Part shown: in pieces, positions 57,975 through 64,000 of the stretch
Layout: every line of letters begins with the position of its first letter
Position numbering within the stretch: the first letter of the stretch is position 1
Assembly: GCA_963850905.1 (NCBI GenBank)
Contig: CAWKMU010000003.1
Span: 2,144,001-2,208,000, forward strand
Direction: 5' to 3'
Source: an uncultured Gemmatimonadales bacterium
Lineage (GTDB): Bacteria; Gemmatimonadota; Gemmatimonadetes; Gemmatimonadales; Gemmatimonadaceae
Length of the DNA stretch: 64,000 nt
Notes under the pieces: generated by a model
Told to the model about the DNA's origin: nothing
Seen by the model: only the letters and a program-made list of their open reading frames with translations
Databases searched by the model: none
Position numbers and translations under genes: made by a program

Positions 57975-60614
57975 ATGCCCGCAAGAGGTGATCCACCTGG
58001 CAAGCCGGTCGAGCCCGCAGACGACGCCCTAAGCGCGTACCGCGCGAAACGATCACCCGACCGCTCTCCGGAGCCGGTCGGCACCGTCTCCCCGGTACCG
58101 GGCCGATTGTTCGTGGTCCACAAGCACGCCGCACGCCAGTTGCACTTCGATTTGCGGCTCGAGATGGACGGCGTGTTGCGTTCATGGGCCGTCCCGAAAG
58201 GGCCGTCGTACGACATGCACGACAAGCGGCTGGCCGTGAAGGTGGAGGATCACCCGCTCGAGTACGGGGACTTCGAGGGCATCATCCCGGCGGGGAACTA
58301 TGGCGCGGGCGGCGTGATCGTATGGGACCGCGGTGAGTGGATCCCGCTCGAGGACCCCCGCACAGGCCTCGAAAAGGGCAAGCTGCTCTTCGAGCTCAAA
58401 GGTTACAAGCTCCATGGAAAGTGGACGCTGGTCAAAATCAAGAAGAGCGAGAAGGATTGGCTCCTCATCAAGGAGCGAGATAGCTGGGTGAAGGAGCCCG
58501 GGGATCAGTTCCCCGAAGAGTCCGTGCTGTCGGGTTTGACGGTCGAAGAGGTGAAGGCAGGGGCCAATCCCGCGAGCCGGCTCCGAACGGCCGTCGCGGA
58601 TGCAGGCGCCACGCGGGCGGATGTCGACCCGAGGTCGGTCGAGGTGATGCTGGCGGAGCCCGCGGAGGACGCGTTCACTCGAGACGGTTGGGTGTTCGAG
58701 CTCAAGCTCGATGGCTACCGACTACTCGCGAGCAAGGTGCACGGCGAGGCGCTGCTCCTCACTCGAAATGGGAATGACTACACTGGGGTCTTCCCCGAGG
58801 TTGCGAGGGGGATCCAGGCGCTTCCTGTCGATGAGTGCATCATCGACGGCGAAGTCGTCGTGCTGGATCCCCAAGGGAAACCCAGTTTTGCCCTCTTACA
58901 AAAGCGTGGGCGACTCACCGCGGCCCCGGACGTCAAGCGCGCTGCCGTCGAGCTGCCCGCCACGTTCTTCGCGTTCGACCTGCTTGCTGCGGAGGGGTAC
59001 GACCTCCGCTCGCTACCCCTCGTGCGCCGGAAGCAGCTGCTTCGCGACTTCCTTCCCGCGCTCGGCCCGCTCCGATTCCTCGATCACATCGATCGCGAGG
59101 GGGAAACGGTTCTCCAGCATGTCGAAGGGCTCGGTCTCGAGGGGATTATCGCCAAGAAGGCGGACGCGCCATATCGGGCAGGTCGATCGGCGCAGTGGCT
59201 GAAGATCAAATCTGAACCCACCGATGACTTCGTAATCGTCGGATTCACACAGCCCAAGGGGAGCCGCAGCGGGCTGGGTGCACTCCAACTGGCGGACTAC
59301 GTCAACGGTACGCTGGTGTATGCCGGGCGCGTGGGCACTGGCTTCAATGCATCGCAGTTGGAGGAGTTGCGCGCGCGCCTGGCCGAACACCCACGCGCGA
59401 CCGCCGCGTGCTTCGGCCCGGTCGTCGCGCCCGGTGCCGAGCCGCTGCCAAGCGATGCGATCCCCGAAACACGGACCACGAGCTGGGTCGACCCGATGCT
59501 CGTGTGCGAGGTCCGCTTTCGGGAATGGACGCCCGACGGCGTGCTGCGCCACCCGGCGTTCCTCCGGATGCGGTTCGACAAGAATCCGCAGGACTGCGAG
59601 CGGCAGCGATGGGGCACTGGCCCGGCGACCGTCGCGGACGAGGGCGCGTCGATCGTGGCCGATCGGCCAGAAGACTTGCCCCGCGTCGCGACACCTCCCG
59701 TACAGAAGACCGTCACGATCTCGAATCCCAACAAGACATTTTGGCCAGCCGAGCGATACACGAAAGGAGATCTCATTGCGTACTACCGGGACGTGTCGCG
59801 GTGGATTCTCCCGTACCTTCGCAATCGACCCGTGGTGCTGACGCGATTTCCGGACGGAATCGACGGAAAGTCGTTCTATCAAAAGGACGCGCCAGAGTTC
59901 GCGCCCGAGTGGATACGGACCGTCGCGATCTGGAGCGAGGATACGCAGCGCGATATTCGATATTTCGTCTGCGACGACGAGGAGTCGCTGCTGTACATCG
60001 CCAACATGGGATCGATCCCGTTGCACATCTGGGCGAGCCGCGTCGGGTCGCTCGAGCTGCCCGACTGGTGTGTCATCGATCTGGATCCAAAGGAGGCGCC
60101 GTTCAGCGATGTGATCCGCGCGGCACAGGTGCTGCACGGGATTTGTGATTCGATCGGACTGCCGAACTATGTGAAAACGACCGGCAAGACGGGTCTGCAT
60201 ATCCTCGTGCCGCTGGGACGACAGCTGACCTACGCGCAGTCACGCACGCTGGGGGAGTTGCTCGCACGCATCGTGCTCCGGGATTTGCATGATGTCGCGA
60301 CGATTACTCGACACGTGACGAAGCGCGGCGACAAGGTATACCTCGACTATCTGCAGAATCGCCACGGCCAGCTCATCGTAGCGCCATTCAGCGTGCGGCC
60401 GCTACCGGGTGCACCAGTGTCCATGCCGCTCCGCTGGTCGGAGGTTGACAACACCCTCGACCCCAAGGCGTTCACCATCAAGACCGCGATCGATCGCATG
60501 CAATCGCTGGGCACCGACCCGGTGCTCCCGGTGCTGGAAGAGAAGCCCGACCTGCAGGCGGCTCTGCAGCAACTTGGCGCGCTCCTCGCCGCCGTGCCGG
60601 GTGGAACGGGGTAA
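57975..60614 (+). CDS. ligD: DNA ligase D (phosphoesterase-ligase-polymerase order)
   Basis: PE domain HAARQLHFDLRLE..SWAVPKGP..EDHP; ligase ELKLDGYR, EGIIAK, WLKIK; polymerase RFPDGI, DLDP, KTTGKTGLH, DYLQN. Confidence 0.96.
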   Translation: MPARGDPPGKPVEPADDALSAYRAKRSPDRSPEPVGTVSPVPGRLFVVHKHAARQLHFDLRLEMDGVLRSWAVPKGPSYDMHDKRLAVKVEDHPLEYGDFEGIIPAGNYGAGGVIVWDRGEWIPLEDPRTGLEKGKLLFELKGYKLHGKWTLVKIKKSEKDWLLIKERDSWVKEPGDQFPEESVLSGLTVEEVKAGANPASRLRTAVADAGATRADVDPRSVEVMLAEPAEDAFTRDGWVFELKLDGYRLLASKVHGEALLLTRNGNDYTGVFPEVARGIQALPVDECIIDGEVVVLDPQGKPSFALLQKRGRLTAAPDVKRAAVELPATFFAFDLLAAEGYDLRSLPLVRRKQLLRDFLPALGPLRFLDHIDREGETVLQHVEGLGLEGIIAKKADAPYRAGRSAQWLKIKSEPTDDFVIVGFTQPKGSRSGLGALQLADYVNGTLVYAGRVGTGFNASQLEELRARLAEHPRATAACFGPVVAPGAEPLPSDAIPETRTTSWVDPMLVCEVRFREWTPDGVLRHPAFLRMRFDKNPQDCERQRWGTGPATVADEGASIVADRPEDLPRVATPPVQKTVTISNPNKTFWPAERYTKGDLIAYYRDVSRWILPYLRNRPVVLTRFPDGIDGKSFYQKDAPEFAPEWIRTVAIWSEDTQRDIRYFVCDDEESLLYIANMGSIPLHIWASRVGSLELPDWCVIDLDPKEAPFSDVIRAAQVLHGICDSIGLPNYVKTTGKTGLHILVPLGRQLTYAQSRTLGELLARIVLRDLHDVATITRHVTKRGDKVYLDYLQNRHGQLIVAPFSVRPLPGAPVSMPLRWSEVDNTLDPKAFTIKTAIDRMQSLGTDPVLPVLEEKPDLQAALQQLGALLAAVPGGTG

Positions 60615-60624
60615 GAAGCCGGCG

Positions 60625-61899
60625 TCAGGGGTCAGCAGCGTGCGTGGACGAGCACTCGCGCTGCCGGCGCTCCAGGAACTCCCGCTCGACACGCTGCGTC
60701 GTCAGTGACAGCGCTCGGCCGTATGCACGTGCGGCGTCGTCCAGCCGCCCCAGACGCCTCAGGCAATCCGCGCGCGCCGCATGCGCGTGAGCATAGTCGG
60801 CCAGGGCGCCGCTCGCGAGAATCGTGTCGATCAGGGTCAGACCTGCACCCGGTCCGTCGCGCATCGCGACCGCAGCGGCGCGATTGAGCGCGACGACGGG
60901 CAATGGTTCGAGCCGTTGCAGCACATCGTACAGCCCAACGATTTCATTCCAATCGGTGTCTTCCGCACTCGGCGCTTCGGCGTGGAGGGCGGCAATCGCC
61001 GCTTGCAGCGTGTATGGCCCGACGCGCTTCGACGCCAGCGCGCGCTCGACCAACGAGACCCCCTCGGCGATTTGGCTACGATTCCAGAGCGTGCGATTCT
61101 GTTCGCTGAGAAGGACGAGTTGCCCGCTGTCCGTGGATCGCGCGTCGCGTCGCGCGTCATGCAGGAGCATCAACGCGAGCAGTCCAACGGCTTCTGGGTC
61201 GGGGAGAAGCTCGACGAGCAGCCGTCCGAGGCGGATTGCCTCTCCGGTGAGGTCATGACGCGTGAGAGCGTCGCCCGCTGAGGCGGCGTAGCCTTCGTTG
61301 AACACCAGATAGATGACGCGGAGGACCGCGTCCAAGCGCTCCGGCAAGTCGGCCGGGCTCGGAACCTCGTACGGTATCTGGGCATCCCGGATCTTGCCCT
61401 TTGCGCGCACGATGCGTTGCGCGACGGTCGGCGGCGACGTCAGAAACGCCCTCGCAATCGCCTCTGTCGTGAGCCCACAGACCTCACGGAGGGTGAGTGC
61501 CACCTGCGCATCGCTTGGCAACGCGGGGTGGCAACACACGAAGACGAGTCGCAGCTGGTCATCGCGGAGGTGCTCGTCATCGATATCGGGAGCGACCGGG
61601 GCATCCGTCTCGAATTGCCCTGCCAGCGCTGCCAGCGCGACATCGAACGTTGCCCGGCGGCGCAAACGATCGATGGCCTGAAATCGGCCGACGGAGACGA
61701 GCCAGGCGTATGGGTTCGCGGGAATGCCCTGCGTCGGCCATTGTTCCAACGCCGCCACAAATGCGTCGTGCAGCGCCTCCTCGGCGATGTCGAAATCACC
61801 GAGAAGGCGGATGAGTGTCGCGAGCACGCGCCTCGACTCCGCGCGATACAAGGTCTCGAGGCGTCCGCGCACATGCCCGGCTGTCTCCTCAGCAGGCAT
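60625..61899 (-). CDS. ECF sigma factor with C-terminal TPR extension (ECF42-type)
   Basis: AEEALHDAF, DDQLRLVFVCCHPAL, AQRIVRAK, YLVFNEGY, GPYTLQAAIAALH, VALNRA. Confidence 0.93.
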   Translation of the reverse strand: MPAEETAGHVRGRLETLYRAESRRVLATLIRLLGDFDIAEEALHDAFVAALEQWPTQGIPANPYAWLVSVGRFQAIDRLRRRATFDVALAALAGQFETDAPVAPDIDDEHLRDDQLRLVFVCCHPALPSDAQVALTLREVCGLTTEAIARAFLTSPPTVAQRIVRAKGKIRDAQIPYEVPSPADLPERLDAVLRVIYLVFNEGYAASAGDALTRHDLTGEAIRLGRLLVELLPDPEAVGLLALMLLHDARRDARSTDSGQLVLLSEQNRTLWNRSQIAEGVSLVERALASKRVGPYTLQAAIAALHAEAPSAEDTDWNEIVGLYDVLQRLEPLPVVALNRAAAVAMRDGPGAGLTLIDTILASGALADYAHAHAARADCLRRLGRLDDAARAYGRALSLTTQRVEREFLERRQRECSSTHAADP

Positions 61900-61907
61900 T
61901 CGGCCGT

Positions 61908-62264
61908 TCAGGAGGTTGGCATCTCCATGATGGGCCGCACTTCGATCGAGCCATAGCGCGACCCCGGGATCCTCGCCGCCAGCTGGATCGCCTCGTTGAG
62001 ATCCTTGGCTTCGACGAGATAGTAACCGCCGAGCTGCTCCTTGGTCTCGGCGAACGGCCCGTCGGTCGTCGACGCCTTGCCGTTGCGCATGCGGACGGTG
62101 GTCGCCGCCTGGGTCGGCTGCAGGGCGTTGCCGCCCAGGTAGTGGCCGCTCTTCTTGATCGCTTCAGTGTAGGCGAAGTATTCGGCCGACACTTTTTCCG
62201 TCTCCGCCTTGGGCATCTTGGTCCACTGCACCTGCTCACTGTAGATCAGGCAAAGGTATTTCAT
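61908..62264 (-). CDS. YciI/DGPF family protein
   Basis: MKYLCLIY..TDGPFAETKEQLGGYY..SIEVRP. Confidence 0.93.
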   Translation of the reverse strand: MKYLCLIYSEQVQWTKMPKAETEKVSAEYFAYTEAIKKSGHYLGGNALQPTQAATTVRMRNGKASTTDGPFAETKEQLGGYYLVEAKDLNEAIQLAARIPGSRYGSIEVRPIMEMPTS

Positions 62265-62307
62265 GACGGGCCTCCGGATTGGGTTCGACACTGCGTGATC
62301 GGCAGAT

Positions 62308-62335
62308 AGTCGTTCAGGGCCGGCTGATTTCGACA
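62308..62335 (-). promoter_or_regulatory. ECF42-type promoter
   Basis: Minus strand TGTCGA-N17-CGAC(T), 43 nt upstream of the DGPF ATG; matches the ECF42 consensus TGTCGA / CG(A/T)C. Confidence 0.75.
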
Positions 62336-62414
62336 GGCGTTGCGAAAATAGTCGGGCTGCGCCATAAAGAATCCAACCAGGCGGCCGGAAGTGTTCCAAA
62401 AAAAAGGGTGCACC

Positions 62415-64000
62415 ATGCAATCGACAACGTACGACGCAATCGTCGTGGGATCGGGGATATCGGGAGGCTGGGCGGCAAAGGAGCTGACCGAACGCGGCTT
62501 GCACGTCCTCGTGCTCGAGCGTGGGCGCGACATCCCCCATATCACGGGCTACGTCAACGCGACCAAGGCCCCGTGGGAATACCCACACCGCGGTGGCCGA
62601 ACCCGGGATATGGTGCACCGGTATCCGGTGCTCGAGCGAGACTTCCCGTTGAGCGAGCGGAATCTCGACTACTGGGCGTCGGACGAAGACTCGCCATATA
62701 CGGAGGTCAAGCGCTTCGACTGGTTCCGTGGTTACCACGTCGGTGGTCGCTCGCTGATGTGGGGCCGCTGCAGCTTCCGATGGAGCGACATCGACTTCGA
62801 GGCGAACGCACGTGAGGGAATAGCAGTCGATTGGCCGATCCGCTACGCGGATCTCGAGTCCTGGTACAGCCATGTCGAGCGCTTCGTTGGGATCGCGGGA
62901 TCGAGGGAGGGGCTTCCGCAACTCCCCGATGGCGAGTTCCAGCCGGCGATGCCGTTGAACTGTGCCGAGTCGGTCATCGCCGACCGTTTGACGAGGCTCT
63001 TCGACGGGAAGCGTCGGTTGATTTCCAGCCGGACGGCGAATCTGACCCGGCCATTGCCCGGGCGGAGCGCCTGTCAGTATCGCAATGCCTGTTCGCTGGG
63101 TTGTCCCTATGGAGCCTACTTCAGCACCCAGTCGTCCACATTGCCCGCCGCGCTTGCCACGGGTCGCCTCACGCTCAGGGTATTCGCGATCGCGACCGAG
63201 GTCCTCTACGACCGCGATCGTAAGCGTGCGACCGGCGTGCGGGTGCTCGACGCAGTGACCAACCAGGTGACGGATTACCGCGCGAAAGTGGTGTTCCTGT
63301 GCGCATCGACGCTCAACACGGCGTGGCTCCTGTTGAGATCGGCGACCGATATCTGGCCAGGCGGGCTCGGGAGCAGCTCTGGCGAGCTGGGCCACAATCT
63401 CATGGACCATCACTTTCGGGCCGGTGCAGAGGGATACCTCGACGGTCTCGACGGTCGATACCTCTTTGGAAGGCGACCAAACCCGTCGTACATCCCGCGC
63501 TATCGAAACCTCTTCGGTGAGAAGCGTCCCTATCTGCGGGGGTTCGGCTACGAGGGGAGCGCCGCCCGCGACGGCTGGTCCCGGGCCGTGGCGGAACTGG
63601 GAGTCGGCGGTGCATTCAAGGACGCGATGGCCGAGCCGGGGCGGTGGTCGATCGGAGGCGTCGCGTTTGGCGAAATGCTACCTAACCACGAGAACATGGT
63701 CGGGCTGGACGAGACCAGAAAGGATAAATGGGGGCTGCCAGTGCTCAAGATCGATTGTGGCACCGGCGAGAACGAGCGACTGATGCGGTTGGACATGATG
63801 GCTGACATGGCAGAAACGCTCGAGGCGACGGGCGCAAAGGACGTCAAGACGTTCGACAGAGGATATTTTCCGGGCGCGGGCATCCACGAGATGGGGACCG
63901 CGCGCATGGGACGAAGTCCAACGACGTCGGTGTTGAACCGCTGGAACCAGATTTGGGATGCGCCGAACGTGTTTGTGACGGACGGTGCATGCATGGTCTC
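62415..64000 (+). CDS. GMC family FAD oxidoreductase (glycoside 3-dehydrogenase-like large subunit), 3' truncated by the window edge
   Basis: My translation: MQSTTYDAIVVGSGISGGWAAKELTERG..GGRSLMWGR..CQYRNACSLGCP..GHNLMDH..IHEMGTARMG..NVFVTDGACM. Not in the ORF track because it has no stop in the window. Confidence 0.93.
   Translation, partial: MQSTTYDAIVVGSGISGGWAAKELTERGLHVLVLERGRDIPHITGYVNATKAPWEYPHRGGRTRDMVHRYPVLERDFPLSERNLDYWASDEDSPYTEVKRFDWFRGYHVGGRSLMWGRCSFRWSDIDFEANAREGIAVDWPIRYADLESWYSHVERFVGIAGSREGLPQLPDGEFQPAMPLNCAESVIADRLTRLFDGKRRLISSRTANLTRPLPGRSACQYRNACSLGCPYGAYFSTQSSTLPAALATGRLTLRVFAIATEVLYDRDRKRATGVRVLDAVTNQVTDYRAKVVFLCASTLNTAWLLLRSATDIWPGGLGSSSGELGHNLMDHHFRAGAEGYLDGLDGRYLFGRRPNPSYIPRYRNLFGEKRPYLRGFGYEGSAARDGWSRAVAELGVGGAFKDAMAEPGRWSIGGVAFGEMLPNHENMVGLDETRKDKWGLPVLKIDCGTGENERLMRLDMMADMAETLEATGAKDVKTFDRGYFPGAGIHEMGTARMGRSPTTSVLNRWNQIWDAPNVFVTDGACMV

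Noticed and set aside
62265..63413. 501-aa version of the YciI ORF
   Set aside because: The extension is antisense to the GMC oxidoreductase; the real protein starts at 62264.
1..64000. CRISPR array or cas genes associated with the CHAT protease (type III-E-like)
   Set aside because: No repeat-spacer pattern or cas-like ORF seen, and the CHAT protein has a signal peptide.
1..64000. tRNA, rRNA, IS, integrase or prophage
   Set aside because: None recognisable; intergenic gaps are short. selC was not seen in this window.

Overview
A GC-rich, gene-dense bacterial chromosomal segment with about 50 CDS and no rRNA, tRNA, CRISPR array, IS or prophage that I can support. Gene content (ADOP-type orphan permeases, a DUF5916 barrel, a TonB receptor, many signal-peptide proteins) suggests Gemmatimonadota or a similar diderm soil lineage (inference). 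About 13 small indels, nearly all +1 insertions, split otherwise intact genes and look like long-read errors. Best candidate for an undescribed system: the 28.6-35.3 kb locus, with an exported TPR-CHAT caspase-like protease (intact His/Cys dyad), an ECF sigma factor coupled to a membrane zf-HC2 anti-sigma, and a divergent beta-propeller lipoprotein. The protease loop and the anti-sigma periplasmic linker share an AERG motif, a candidate Arg cleavage site. Other highlights: (1) a selenocysteine peroxiredoxin split in the ORF track (in-frame UGA plus SECIS-like hairpin), converging on ccdA-tlpA and next to a CysL-like LysR / RND / TolC / TSUP / DUF1634 cluster; (2) a STAND-LuxR regulator with a repeated operator in front of cupin-OsmC-methyltransferase; (3) a Ku-LigD-DUF72 NHEJ cluster; (4) an ECF42-DGPF pair with two promoter matches; (5) a GMC oxidoreductase running off the right edge that is missing from the ORF track.
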